Virus record (IMG/VR): IMGVR_UViG_3300049182_000044
Location: 64,001 to 128,000 of that record
Origin: a virus
Lineage: Duplodnaviria > Caudoviricetes
Length of the DNA: 64,000 nt
Strand: one strand, 5' to 3'
Position numbers and translations under genes: made by a program. This document shows, piece by piece, positions 25,304 through 34,976 of this stretch. Within the stretch, counting starts at the first letter, position 1. Every line of letters starts with the position of its first letter. The notes beneath the pieces were generated by a model. The model searched no databases, was not told the DNA's origin, and saw only the letters and a list, made by a program, of their open reading frames with translations.

Positions 25304-25759
25304 ATGAAACTCAATGTTGATCTCAAACCGAAAGATGAAAAGATGAATACGACTGCTTCCTCCTGTGACCAAGCCGCTGTTCCTGCAGAAGCTCCGGTCA
25401 CTGAGAACACTCCGACTACTGCACCGGCACCTGTAGCTGAGACTGCCGTCAACGTCACCACCGGTGTCGCATGTCTCGATCCAGGCCATGTGTACGAACT
25501 GGGCGGCGGCAACGTAGTCAAGTTCCTCAAGAAGGTCGATGGCACGCTGATTCATCACGGCACCACGAACGAGGAATGCCTGCAGATGTTGATTCATCGC
25601 ACCAAAGAACTCAACGCCAAATTCCCATGCAAGGAAAACGACCAGGCCATCATTCGCATGGAAGAGGCACTGATGTGGTTCAACGAGCGTACTGCGAAAC
25701 GCACTGCGCAAGGTGTTGAAACCCGCTATCAGAACCATGAGGACGTTCAGCACGGATGA
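25304..25759 (+). CDS. Tad1-like nucleotide-signal sponge (anti-defence), with low-complexity N-terminal extension
   Basis: HGTTNEECLQMLIHR...FPCKENDQAIIRMEEALMWFNER..KR matches Tad1 pattern HG...LLEIVRDR...F..RENA.AL.HVEEALMWMN.R. Confidence 0.7.
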   Translation: MKLNVDLKPKDEKMNTTASSCDQAAVPAEAPVTENTPTTAPAPVAETAVNVTTGVACLDPGHVYELGGGNVVKFLKKVDGTLIHHGTTNEECLQMLIHRTKELNAKFPCKENDQAIIRMEEALMWFNERTAKRTAQGVETRYQNHEDVQHG

Positions 25760-25889
25760 TCAAGCCAAGGACGACGAAGACCCATTATGCCCTACTTGTA
25801 GATGGGTGCTGTTCATCTGCATAGGACTGCTGGTTCTTCTTAGCGTCTCTTGGCCGTTCATAGTGCCGTTCTTGAAAACTGTAAAGTAA
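25737..25889 (+). CDS. 50-aa single-TM peptide
   Basis: Not in ORF track; MRTFSTDDQAKDDEDPLCPTCRWVLFICIGLLVLLSVSWPFIVPFLKTVK*. Confidence 0.45.
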   Translation: MRTFSTDDQAKDDEDPLCPTCRWVLFICIGLLVLLSVSWPFIVPFLKTVK

Positions 25890-25908
25890 GGTCATCGAAT
25901 CGAATCAT

Positions 25909-26556
25909 TGAGTCGTGGTGACACGACATTGTGCATCTGCGTAAAATGCGTTGGTAGTCAATATGGACCGGATGAGGCCAAAAGCCGTTGATCCCGATTC
26001 AGGATGTTTGGCGTAACGACGCAACCGAAAGGCGTATAAAACATTAGCCCTAGCCAGTGCGGTACTTAAGTGGACGGCTGCTAGCGCATAATGGATGAAT
26101 GTTATCAAATTCGGCGAAAGCTAAGCTCTCCGGTAGTAACGTTTCCGGGTCACAGGTACCTCAAACGGTCCATACGCTTCGGGCTTGTCCCTTGCGCACA
26201 CCTACCTAAACAGCCACCGAGCAGTGACTGCTGAGTATGCCAACGCCGAGCCAAGCCTAGAACGATAGTCACAGGTAATCCTTCATAGCGACGACGCCTA
26301 AGGCAGTCAAGCGTAGAAGCGACACCACGGTGAATGTCCGATTAGGAAGGTGTAGAGACTGGTAGGTAACCACCGTAACAGCTGCTTTAACTTATGGGCG
26401 TGTCCCAACTCCGAACGCGACGGAGGTGAAGCAGCAGGTGAAGGCACAGTCCGGGCCATCAACGGTATGCGACACTAATCGAGGCCGGCCTTGTAAATGG
26501 GTCGGTGTACTCGAAATAGCTATTACCGCGTATAGGCGGCGAAAGCCGTGGTGGTG
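25909..26556 (+). mobile_element. Group I intron, Azoarcus/IC3-like
   Basis: Core matches Azoarcus intron: TCAAATTCGGCGAAA.CTAAGC, AACGCCGAGCCAAGC, GAAGGTGTAGAGACT, GGTGAAGGCA.AGTCC; P3 GTTATC/GGTAAC; P9.0 GCCATC/GGTGGT; P9 GCGGC-GAAA-GCCGT; omega-G 26556. The 5' splice site (P1 ATCAT/GTGGT) is less certain. Confidence 0.85.
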
Positions 26557-27054
26557 AGAATACGATTCGACTCTTATTTTATAGACATGAAACGCTCAGA
26601 ACTACAAGCCTTACTACGTGAAGAGTGTAATCCCAACATAGTGCTAGCTACGGTTGGCTCTTGCTGGGAGTGCTCTTCACATAGTCGAAACGGTGGATAC
26701 TACTTCATTTATGAATTTTCTTCTAAGAAGAAAGTTCTGTTGCATCGACTAGCCTACAAGTTAGTCAAAGGAAAGATTCCAAAAGGCCACGTGATTCGGC
26801 ATCGTTGCGATAATCGTGGGTGTTTGAAGCCTAGCCATTTGATTAGCGGAACCGTCGGTGACAACAACCGAGACATGGTAGAACGAGGTAGGCAAGCTCG
26901 TGGCGAACGCAACCGCCACGCTAGGCTGACTGAAGCTCAAGCTCGAGAAATAAAGTATTCCAAGGAATCGAACAAGGTACTGCGTGAACGCTTCAACGTG
27001 CACCGCAATCTTGTGACAGGTATCCGTAACGGTACCTACTGGAAACATATTTAA
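26548..27054 (+). CDS. HNH (His-Me finger) homing-type endonuclease with C-terminal HTH; alternative start 26587
   Basis: CWEC, LHRLAYKL..G.IPKG.VIRHRCDNRGCLKPSHL..GT..DNNRDM..RGR, ARLTEAQAREI. Confidence 0.9.
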   Translation: MVVRIRFDSYFIDMKRSELQALLREECNPNIVLATVGSCWECSSHSRNGGYYFIYEFSSKKKVLLHRLAYKLVKGKIPKGHVIRHRCDNRGCLKPSHLISGTVGDNNRDMVERGRQARGERNRHARLTEAQAREIKYSKESNKVLRERFNVHRNLVTGIRNGTYWKHI

Positions 27055-27077
27055 CAACTACAACTGAAGGAACTCTA

Positions 27078-27467
27078 ATGAGTGCTATCGCTCTCCTGAA
27101 GCAGCTGCGCGGACTTGTTCCCACAGCAGAACTGCAGGGAAAGATTGACCAAGTTATCGCTGACGAAAACGTGGTCGAAAACGTAGGCCGCCATGAAGTT
27201 GGCAAGATCGTACGCTTTGCTCCTGACACCAGAGCACCTTTGTTCGGAACTGAAGCAAAGGTCATGCGCAATCGCGCAACGAGTAACGGGAAGGTGTTGT
27301 ACGATCTGGCTCTCACCGACGGTGACAGCGAAGAAGGATACTACGAGCGCTATCCGATCATCGGAGTTGATGCATGTTTCGTTCGTTCCCTCGACCCGCG
27401 TGAAGAGCAACTCGGTCAAAACGCAGAAACCGAAGCACGAATTGCAGACATTCGTACTGCAGGATAA
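27078..27467 (+). CDS. Hypothetical protein
   Basis: GAAGGA RBS. Confidence 0.65.
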   Translation: MSAIALLKQLRGLVPTAELQGKIDQVIADENVVENVGRHEVGKIVRFAPDTRAPLFGTEAKVMRNRATSNGKVLYDLALTDGDSEEGYYERYPIIGVDACFVRSLDPREEQLGQNAETEARIADIRTAG

Positions 27468-27551
27468 GTTGTAAAGAACAGGCCGTTAATTCGGCCTGTC
27501 CTCACCTTCAAACTGTAAATGGGTCGTGTAGACCAACCACATAGGTGACCC

Positions 27552-27935
27552 ATGTTTGAAAATACTGAAGCCCTCCTGATCGACTTCGAGGCGAAAAAGC
27601 GCCCCATCAATGTCGATCTTATCCGTGAAGCCCTCAATCGTGACCGCGAAGCCGTTATGCGCAATGGCGATGAAGATATCGCCGAGCGTTTCGACAGCCT
27701 CGCCAAGTGCGTCGAAATTCAATGCTCCGAGGGCCACTGGAATCACAACGAGTACATGTACGGAATGGCGAATGGCTTGATCCTCGCCCTCCACATTATG
27801 ACTGGCTCCGTCAACGTCGAGCCTCCCTACCTCGATCGTCCTGAGAAGTGGCATTCTGAATCAGGTGCCGAAGAGCCTACTCCGCCTAACCCTAAGCGCC
27901 GGCTCGGTGACGGTACGGCTCCCCATGTGAAATGA
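27552..27935 (+). CDS. Hypothetical protein
   Basis: AGGTG RBS, follows CTGTAAA. Confidence 0.65.
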   Translation: MFENTEALLIDFEAKKRPINVDLIREALNRDREAVMRNGDEDIAERFDSLAKCVEIQCSEGHWNHNEYMYGMANGLILALHIMTGSVNVEPPYLDRPEKWHSESGAEEPTPPNPKRRLGDGTAPHVK

Positions 27936-28051
27936 GCACCATACATTGGCCGGATCTTACGTTCCCGCCCATCAATCTCTACAACGCCCCTCGTGTACAT
28001 ACTGTAAATAGAGGGAGTAGCATTCATCAACACTCTACTAGAAAGAGCACT

Positions 28052-28786
28052 ATGTCCCGCAAACCCTTCGTTCCGAAAATTCCCACCCAGTTCAAGCATC
28101 TGCGTTTCCTCGATACGGATTCCAGTGACATCATGAACAACGGCGGCTATTCGCTGGCCTACCGTCTGATCCTGGACGACGCAAACGATGCGGTCAAAGT
28201 TCAGTACGCATTCTCCGAAGTCAATCTGACAGACAATTTCAATCGTTCCGAAGGTCGCCGTCGTACCTACAATCGACTGAACTGCCTTTCTCCTGACCAC
28301 ACCGGCGAGTTCGTTCTCGGCCTGAATGAACTCGGCGTCGATTTCAAGACCCGTATCATCGACTTAGGTTCGGGCTTCATCGACGTTCGCAACAGCGAGT
28401 TCGATATTGCCAAGGCAGTCATCATGAACTTCCTGCAGGATTGGGAAGACTGCCTTACACTGGGCATCGAGGGCGTCGACCTCTCCGGCAACTTGGTCGA
28501 GAATGCACTTGGCATCTTCATCGACTCAGTGGCGCTGGACGCTCTGGACGAAGAAGACGAAGACATCGGCGACTACGAAGCTCTGTCTGAGACTTTGACG
28601 GCAGCCGAAGAAGGTTTGCTCCTGATCGAAAACTTCACCGACCCGGACAACGTGTTCCAGGTCAATTCGCTCCTCAAGGATCTGGCTGAGAAGTTCAACG
28701 CGATCAAGAGCGCGGCGCACAATGCCGGTGTGAACCACGATCCGGATGACCTCGATGAAGAAGAAGGCGACGAAGCCCAAGGTTAA
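28052..28786 (+). CDS. Hypothetical protein with acidic C terminus (start MSRKPF)
   Basis: CTGTAAA at 28002 suggests the start is downstream of the ORF-track start. Confidence 0.7.
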   Translation: MSRKPFVPKIPTQFKHLRFLDTDSSDIMNNGGYSLAYRLILDDANDAVKVQYAFSEVNLTDNFNRSEGRRRTYNRLNCLSPDHTGEFVLGLNELGVDFKTRIIDLGSGFIDVRNSEFDIAKAVIMNFLQDWEDCLTLGIEGVDLSGNLVENALGIFIDSVALDALDEEDEDIGDYEALSETLTAAEEGLLLIENFTDPDNVFQVNSLLKDLAEKFNAIKSAAHNAGVNHDPDDLDEEEGDEAQG

Positions 28787-29138
28787 GGTCGCAATTTGCG
28801 GCACTGAGACCTTGACGAAGAAGCAAGCTATTGACTCAGCTCGTTACTTGATTCAGGAGTTGATACAGCGCTATGATGTACGCTTAATCGCCACTGTGAA
28901 AGAGGACTTGCTGGGTAAGGCTGTACGATTCGTCGCCAAGAAGCACGATCTGAAGTTGAAGACACAGCGCGCTTCAGATCGTGCTGACCAATCGAATCCT
29001 CTCGAACTAGCTACGGCTGGTTTGATGTGGGATGCGAAACGTCTTATCGTGGTTGACGATGGCGGTAAAGGATGTGCGGTCTACGCTATGCAGATGGCTC
29101 TACGCATGAAGCGCAAGGTGCAGGTGTTCGACATTTGA
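28746..29138 (+). CDS. Hypothetical protein, possibly degenerate SLOG/DUF2493-like
   Basis: VAICG start strand and LIVVDDGGKG..YAMQMA...V.V end; weak similarity. Confidence 0.5.
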   Translation: MTSMKKKATKPKVKVAICGTETLTKKQAIDSARYLIQELIQRYDVRLIATVKEDLLGKAVRFVAKKHDLKLKTQRASDRADQSNPLELATAGLMWDAKRLIVVDDGGKGCAVYAMQMALRMKRKVQVFDI

Positions 29139-29149
29139 GGGAGTAACAA

Positions 29150-29584
29150 GTGAAAGAGTGGGTACGTAAGCTAATGGGCAGAGCAATAGCTTGGTCGTTG
29201 AACACAACGCCTGAGCAACTGCGTCATGCTGAACAAATGACGGCGCAGCTCGTTGCTGAAATGGCTGCTGGTTCCAGGACACCTAATACAGGAAATCCTT
29301 GGACTGTGGCAAAGCGGGCTCTGCGTTTGGTTTGCACGAACAACGCGATTGTCCGAAACAGTCACGACAACGAGGTAACGCTCTTCCACGGACAGTTCAT
29401 CTGGTGTTTGGATGGTGCTTACTACGCAGCGGAGGACGTTACGTTCCAGGGTGTGTATCGAGTGCGTCGCGGCCCAGTCTCACTTAACTCTCTCGATATT
29501 CTTCTCGCTGTTCGGGAAGGCAAGATCATGCCACTGCATCCCGATACCGAAGTATATGACCTTCCAGTTGAGGTAATCCCATGA
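29150..29584 (+). CDS. Hypothetical protein
   Basis: GAGGGAG RBS, GTG start. Confidence 0.65.
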   Translation: MKEWVRKLMGRAIAWSLNTTPEQLRHAEQMTAQLVAEMAAGSRTPNTGNPWTVAKRALRLVCTNNAIVRNSHDNEVTLFHGQFIWCLDGAYYAAEDVTFQGVYRVRRGPVSLNSLDILLAVREGKIMPLHPDTEVYDLPVEVIP

Positions 29585-29859
29585 CCGTGTTTGATAATTT
29601 GTTGGGAGTGCTGTATCGTTTGTGGTTGTACGACATTGAGGTATTGAGCCAGCCGTGGATGTACTGGTGCGCACTTATTCCGGCAATCTTGTACGCCATG
29701 TTCGTTCTCCTGAAATGGGCGATCCTAACTGCGCCAATCTGGCTGCCGGTAATGATCGTGTTCTCCGTCCTCGGAGACTTCCTCAAGGAACTCCTGAATC
29801 CAACCAAGATTCATGTTTGCAAATGTATGAAAAAGGAGATGCACGTTGAAAAGAACTAA
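29581..29859 (+). CDS. Small membrane protein
   Basis: Long hydrophobic core; coupled. Confidence 0.6.
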   Translation: MTVFDNLLGVLYRLWLYDIEVLSQPWMYWCALIPAILYAMFVLLKWAILTAPIWLPVMIVFSVLGDFLKELLNPTKIHVCKCMKKEMHVEKN

Positions 29860-30286
29860 TGGCGTTGGTGGTGAATATCCACCGTATGGTATCTTCGTGA
29901 ACTTTCGTCTGCCTAGCGGCGACGAGGTGCTTTCCGGTTACACGGGCACGTTGACCAATACTCCCTCGGGCAAGATCGAGTTGGTGTTCATTGAGAGCAA
30001 TACGCGCAAGGTCTTCTTCGCACCGCAAGTGCTGGAATGGGAAGAGCGTTTGCCGACTCGTGCAGAGTTCGATATGTTCCAGCTGGCTTACATGCCTGGG
30101 TGTGCCAATCGTGAACAGCTGGGCAATCTCGACCCCTCAGTTGAAAGCGCAGTCGTCGTCGATATGTCGTTGTTCAAAAGCGACGTTGAAGATGAGGTGG
30201 TAAAGCGCGTCTACATTTACTTGTGGGAGTGGGCAAACGGCAAGTGGTCGGACAACCCGATTGAGGTCGTGCGGGAATTCAGCTAA
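29846..30286 (+). CDS. Hypothetical protein
   Basis: AAGGAG RBS. Confidence 0.6.
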   Translation: MKRTNGVGGEYPPYGIFVNFRLPSGDEVLSGYTGTLTNTPSGKIELVFIESNTRKVFFAPQVLEWEERLPTRAEFDMFQLAYMPGCANREQLGNLDPSVESAVVVDMSLFKSDVEDEVVKRVYIYLWEWANGKWSDNPIEVVREFS

Positions 30287-30305
30287 CAACCGAAGAGCAC
30301 CAAAC

Positions 30306-31187
30306 ATGGTCAAGAAGAAAAAGCACGGCACCTGGGAAGACCAGCCTGAACGTGGTAAGAAGTCGAAGAAAGACAAGGCTAATTACCGCAAAGGCAAAAC
30401 TGATACCAAGATCGAAGCGGAGGTAGATCGCTACGTACCTAAAGTAGCGAAGCTCGTCAACACACCGATCACAGCGAAGACCGCTGCTCAAAGATACTAC
30501 ATGGGCAGCATTGAGCGCAACATCCTCACGTTGGCCACTGGCCCTGCTGGTACGGGCAAGACGTTCGTGGGTTGTGCTATGGCGTGCGACATGCTTCGCG
30601 CTGACAAGATCGACCACATAATCATCTCTCGTCCTGCCGTGACTGACGAGGAAGATTGGGGTGCATTGCCTGGTGAACTGGACGAGAAGTACGCTCCGTT
30701 CCTGGAACCCTACTGGGAATCGTTTCACAAGCGTTTGGGCGTCAAGCTCACGGAATACTACATAAAGCAGGGACGGATCATAGCTGTTCCTCTCGGCTTT
30801 ATGCGCGGTCGAACATTCGAGAACTGCTGGGTATTCTTGGACGAAGCTCAAAACACCACCAAGAAGCAGATGGAGACTTTCCTGACTCGGGCAGGAGAGA
30901 ACTGTCGCATGGTTGTTAGTGGCGACCTTCATCAAATCGACCTTCCTATTTGGAAGGTCAGTGGGTTGCGGGACGCGATCAAGCGATTCCGCCATAGCAA
31001 AACAACAGGCATCATCAATTTTACTACCGAGGACATTGTGCGTTCTGGCTTTGCTCGTGAAGTGGTGGAAGCGTATGCCGTCAACATTGATAAAGAGGAC
31101 AAACAAACATGGACAATCTCAAATTGCATGAAGACGTTGCGGAATCTATTCGGAAGAACCTTCCGGAAGTCGCCGCAGCGGAGCTGA
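30306..31187 (+). CDS. phoH: PhoH-family ATPase
   Basis: TGPAGTGKT, ISRPAV, GALPG...EKYAPF, PLGFMRGRTF, LDEAQN, SGDLHQIDL. Confidence 0.93.
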   Translation: MVKKKKHGTWEDQPERGKKSKKDKANYRKGKTDTKIEAEVDRYVPKVAKLVNTPITAKTAAQRYYMGSIERNILTLATGPAGTGKTFVGCAMACDMLRADKIDHIIISRPAVTDEEDWGALPGELDEKYAPFLEPYWESFHKRLGVKLTEYYIKQGRIIAVPLGFMRGRTFENCWVFLDEAQNTTKKQMETFLTRAGENCRMVVSGDLHQIDLPIWKVSGLRDAIKRFRHSKTTGIINFTTEDIVRSGFAREVVEAYAVNIDKEDKQTWTISNCMKTLRNLFGRTFRKSPQRS

Positions 31188-31600
31188 AGAAGTTTATCGA
31201 CGAAGCGCAGAAGACTGCTCAAAGGCTCGCGATCAAGGAAAACGAGCTGAAAGTCGCTTCGGCTAAAGTCGGCGAGCTTACTAATCAGTTGAGCGAGCAT
31301 CGCACGCTTGACGAGAAGCTGAAAGAAATCGAGACCAAGAACAAGGACCTCGAAGCTCGCGAACTGGCACTGCGACTGTCTACTGCTGATAACAAGGCAC
31401 TGGTCGCAGAAGGCAGGCTCGCGTCTGCTATGGAAGTCATGGGATTGGTCTTCCGCAATCAAACGATCAGTCAGTCGATTCTCGGCACAGTTCCGGTTGC
31501 CGTTGAAGGCCAGAAGGCAAATCAGTACAACCCTTGCAGCAGCCCGGGGTATGTCGCACCGGGTGAGGTACGGCAGACGGTTGAAACAACTACGAAGTAA
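31109..31600 (+). CDS. Coiled-coil hypothetical protein
   Basis: GAGG RBS; heptad-like central region. Confidence 0.65.
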   Translation: MDNLKLHEDVAESIRKNLPEVAAAELKKFIDEAQKTAQRLAIKENELKVASAKVGELTNQLSEHRTLDEKLKEIETKNKDLEARELALRLSTADNKALVAEGRLASAMEVMGLVFRNQTISQSILGTVPVAVEGQKANQYNPCSSPGYVAPGEVRQTVETTTK

Positions 31601-31660
31601 CGCGATAGGGCGGGAGCATTCATTTGTTCTCGCCCTATAGTCATATAAAACAGGTAAGCC

Positions 31661-32029
31661 ATGAGCAAAGATATAACATATCTCAACAAGCTGGTTCGTG
31701 ACAGAATACCCGACAACCTTGCTAACGAAGGCAAGCGCGCAGTTCTGACCATTGTCACCGGAGAGGAACTTCTCCAGGCGATGCGTCGCAAGATCATCGA
31801 GGAGGCTAACGAGCTGGCTACCGCTGAAGGCAAGGACAAGATAACAGAAGAAATAGGTGACTTGCTTGAAATCATCGCCGCATATCGAAACGCCTGTGAC
31901 GTTACGGCACACGATGTGCAAGCAGTAATGATGCGTAAAACCAGTAAGAGTGGTAATTTCACGCAAGGCAGATTCCTTATTTCCATTTCAGAAGAGACGA
32001 TCCCCGAAATGGTCAGACGTCACCCATAA
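31661..32029 (+). CDS. MazG-like NTP pyrophosphohydrolase (COG4997-like)
   Basis: NKLVRDRIP...KIIEEANEL...EEIGDLLEII. Confidence 0.8.
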   Translation: MSKDITYLNKLVRDRIPDNLANEGKRAVLTIVTGEELLQAMRRKIIEEANELATAEGKDKITEEIGDLLEIIAAYRNACDVTAHDVQAVMMRKTSKSGNFTQGRFLISISEETIPEMVRRHP

Positions 32030-32039
32030 CAGGCAAACC

Positions 32040-32756
32040 ATGATAATCAAATACTGCACACTCAATGGTGTCGATGATGCTGTGAACATCCACGACATTG
32101 TACGCCTCTCGAAAGAATACCCATTCGCTGAATGGGGCGTGCTTGTAGACGGCGTAGATGAAGGTAGCAAGCGCTTCCCCTCCAAAGCGTGGATCGAAGA
32201 TTTCGCTGCTACAACTCCCGGCGTGTACAAGTCGTTGCAGATCACTTGCTCCCGTATGCCGGACGTAGTTGAGGGCGTGACAAACGTCCTGTCCTCCTAC
32301 AATCTGAATGGCTTCCAGCGAGTCCTGTTCTCATTTGACCTTCTCGCAATGCCGTACACACTGATCTCCCGTATCCTCAAATGGGCGCGTGAGGCACCGC
32401 ACTTGCAGTTTATTACCCAACATAACGGGAAGAATCAAAACGTGTGGAAGTTGTTCGCTGAAGCTGGCTTGAACAATCATGCAGTGCTGTTTGATTCGTC
32501 CAACGGCACCGGCAGAACACCTGCACGTTGGCCTGAACCGATTTCTGGCATCCCGTGTGGCTACTGCGGCGGCCTAAGTCCGATGAATATCGAAGACAAT
32601 TTGGCTGCAATCGCGGGTATCATTGGTGACGGCGTAACCTGGGTTGATATGGCTTCAGGTCTTCGTGATGACAATGACGAGTTCGACATTATGAAGGCTG
32701 AGCAGGTACTGCTCTTTACTTCTCGGTACACTCTCCCCTCAACGAAAAATCTGTAA
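32040..32756 (+). CDS. Phosphoribosylanthranilate isomerase (TrpF)-like TIM barrel
   Basis: [45 protein letters not shown]. Confidence 0.6.
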   Translation: MIIKYCTLNGVDDAVNIHDIVRLSKEYPFAEWGVLVDGVDEGSKRFPSKAWIEDFAATTPGVYKSLQITCSRMPDVVEGVTNVLSSYNLNGFQRVLFSFDLLAMPYTLISRILKWAREAPHLQFITQHNGKNQNVWKLFAEAGLNNHAVLFDSSNGTGRTPARWPEPISGIPCGYCGGLSPMNIEDNLAAIAGIIGDGVTWVDMASGLRDDNDEFDIMKAEQVLLFTSRYTLPSTKNL

Positions 32757-32796
32757 ATATGCTAATGTAACGTACCACATTAGCCAAGGAAAAACA

Positions 32797-33495
32797 ATGT
32801 CTCTGCAAACGAATAAAACTGATTCTGATCTGGGCCGCAAAGTACAGGCACATCTGGAGGGCCTCGGCATTCACACGCCAATCCAGTTGCATACGCCCAT
32901 TCGCGGCGTCAGTGACTACAATGCGCGTAAGCACGCGATTGCAACCAAGTTCGCTGAAATCATGGAGATTCTCAACCTCGACCTGAAAGACGATAGCTTG
33001 GTTGAAACGCCTCAGCGTATCGCCAAAATGTTTCTCGGTGAAACGTTCTGGGGTCTTGACCCGGCTAACTTCCCGAAAGTGACGGTTGTTGAGAACAAGA
33101 TGAAGTACGACGAGATGATCGTCGAGCGTAACATTCAGGTCAACTCTACGTGTGAGCATCACTTCCTTCCGATCATGGGGTTTGCGCATGTGGCGTACAT
33201 TCCTGAAGCGAAGGTACCGGGTCTCAGCAAGATCAATCGCATCGTCGAGTACTTCTCGCGTCGTCCACAAATTCAGGAGCGCCTGACCGAGCAAATTTAT
33301 CACACACTGCAGCTGATCCTCGGCACTGACAACATCGCAGTGTGCATCGACGCAGAGCATCTGTGCGTCAAGACGCGTGGTGTGGAAGATGCTTGCAGCG
33401 ATACCGTCACAAGCAAACTCGGCGGCGTGTTCAAAAACCCAAGCGTTCGTGCAGAGTTTTACTCGATTGTCGCAATGAAGAAGCAACTCATCTGA
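32797..33495 (+). CDS. folE: GTP cyclohydrolase I
   Basis: [46 protein letters not shown]. Confidence 0.96.
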   Translation: MSLQTNKTDSDLGRKVQAHLEGLGIHTPIQLHTPIRGVSDYNARKHAIATKFAEIMEILNLDLKDDSLVETPQRIAKMFLGETFWGLDPANFPKVTVVENKMKYDEMIVERNIQVNSTCEHHFLPIMGFAHVAYIPEAKVPGLSKINRIVEYFSRRPQIQERLTEQIYHTLQLILGTDNIAVCIDAEHLCVKTRGVEDACSDTVTSKLGGVFKNPSVRAEFYSIVAMKKQLI

Positions 33496-33506
33496 AAGGA
33501 GACTCG

Positions 33507-33767
33507 ATGATCTACCTACTTGCTGGTACGATCAGTTTCGTTTCAGTGTTCTTGAGGGTGTTTCAGCAGAAGAACATCATGGGCAATCATTACAAGCTCG
33601 CGTTCTTCACGAGCTATGCAATGGCGTTCGCTGAAGCAGCCTCAATCGGTTTCGTAGTAACCAACGGCCTTTGGATGGCACTTCCGGTAGGAACAGGTGC
33701 CGCCTTCGGTGTAGTATGCTCGATGTATTTGCATCGACGTTTCTTTAACAAAACCCAAACTAAGTAG
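33507..33767 (+). CDS. Small multi-TM membrane protein
   Basis: AAGGAG RBS; three hydrophobic helices, FLRVFQQKN motif. Confidence 0.65.
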   Translation: MIYLLAGTISFVSVFLRVFQQKNIMGNHYKLAFFTSYAMAFAEAASIGFVVTNGLWMALPVGTGAAFGVVCSMYLHRRFFNKTQTK

Positions 33768-33774
33768 GAGAGCC

Positions 33775-33993
33775 ATGGCAAATCACCCGAATCTGGATCG
33801 TCTGAACGAACTCCTGAAGCAGACGAATCTCGGTCTTCCGGCACACCGTACCTCGGTCAATGCTTCCGGTCACAATCTGAAGTTCCTGCGTAAGGCACTC
33901 CCATCGAACGACAAGTGCCCGCAAGAGATCAAAGACCTTCTCGCGATGGCTGACAAAGACCTGATGGCGGTTCCCAAGAAGGTGACAGCATGA
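33775..33993 (+). CDS. Hypothetical protein
   Basis: AGGAG RBS, coupled. Confidence 0.6.
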   Translation: MANHPNLDRLNELLKQTNLGLPAHRTSVNASGHNLKFLRKALPSNDKCPQEIKDLLAMADKDLMAVPKKVTA

Positions 33994-34535
33994 TCGAAGC
34001 GCAGAACGAAACCGCTAAGAAGTTCGCACTGCGCGATGTTATTTGGGTGACGAATAAGCTGCCGAGTGGCAGTGAAACGATCTTCCATATGGGTGCCCCC
34101 GGCTTCGGCCCGTGCATTCCGTACTATATCAACTGCAAGGACGATCTGGTAGCTCCGTTGAAAGAAGCGATCGCCATGCACTTCGTCGAGGCATTGGAAG
34201 ATCATCGGTTCCTCGAAAGCAGTTCGATTGCAGGCATGCAGCGCGGACAGTTGAACGTGATGAACGTGCGCAATCTTTGCGGACTCGAGCCAGAGTTCTA
34301 CATGTCCACTATCAGCTCTCCTATTAGTGAGCGTGACCACGTTACGATGATGGGCATCAATCCGGTTCACATCACCAGGGACAAGGCCGGTCAACAGCGT
34401 ATCACCTTGTGGGGCAAAGACCTCTACTTGAACGGCTTGCTGCTGCGCCCTTTGAGATTCAACGATCCAGATATTGAAGGAGAACGAAGTGTTACCATTG
34501 CCGCGCTTCTGAAGTACGATGTGAATATCGAATAA
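33990..34535 (+). CDS. Hypothetical protein
   Basis: Coupled ORF. Confidence 0.65.
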   Translation: MIEAQNETAKKFALRDVIWVTNKLPSGSETIFHMGAPGFGPCIPYYINCKDDLVAPLKEAIAMHFVEALEDHRFLESSSIAGMQRGQLNVMNVRNLCGLEPEFYMSTISSPISERDHVTMMGINPVHITRDKAGQQRITLWGKDLYLNGLLLRPLRFNDPDIEGERSVTIAALLKYDVNIE

Positions 34536-34541
34536 GGAGAA

Positions 34542-34976
34542 ATGATGAACGTAGCCCGCTTTAATGCGCACTCGCACGTTACGGAGTTCATGAATCAATT
34601 GCCTCACATCTTGGGGCAGCTGCATCCTGATAATACTCTGCATGTCGCAGTCCTTCTCCTTAAGGCCGACCGCTTCGATACGGTTCTGAAACAGGTAGGA
34701 CTCGAACGTGAAAAGTTCTACCTCAAATACAACGGACAAGTGAACGAACGTGTTATCGTTCAGCCGTATGTGCTCCCTCTGGAAAACTGGAAAGCACAAT
34801 TTCGTGGCCGCACCCGTCTGTTCACTCTTGTGGATCAAGACGTCTACGAAGGGCTGGTTCATGATCCTCTGAATGAACAAATGCTTGCACTTGAACGTGG
34901 CCAGCATACGGTCGCGCATATTGTCGGCACCAGTGCAATGCAGCTGTTCATCCCTGTAGATGTGAGTGCGGTATGA
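34542..34976 (+). CDS. Hypothetical protein
   Basis: AAGGAG RBS. Confidence 0.65.
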   Translation: MMNVARFNAHSHVTEFMNQLPHILGQLHPDNTLHVAVLLLKADRFDTVLKQVGLEREKFYLKYNGQVNERVIVQPYVLPLENWKAQFRGRTRLFTLVDQDVYEGLVHDPLNEQMLALERGQHTVAHIVGTSAMQLFIPVDVSAV

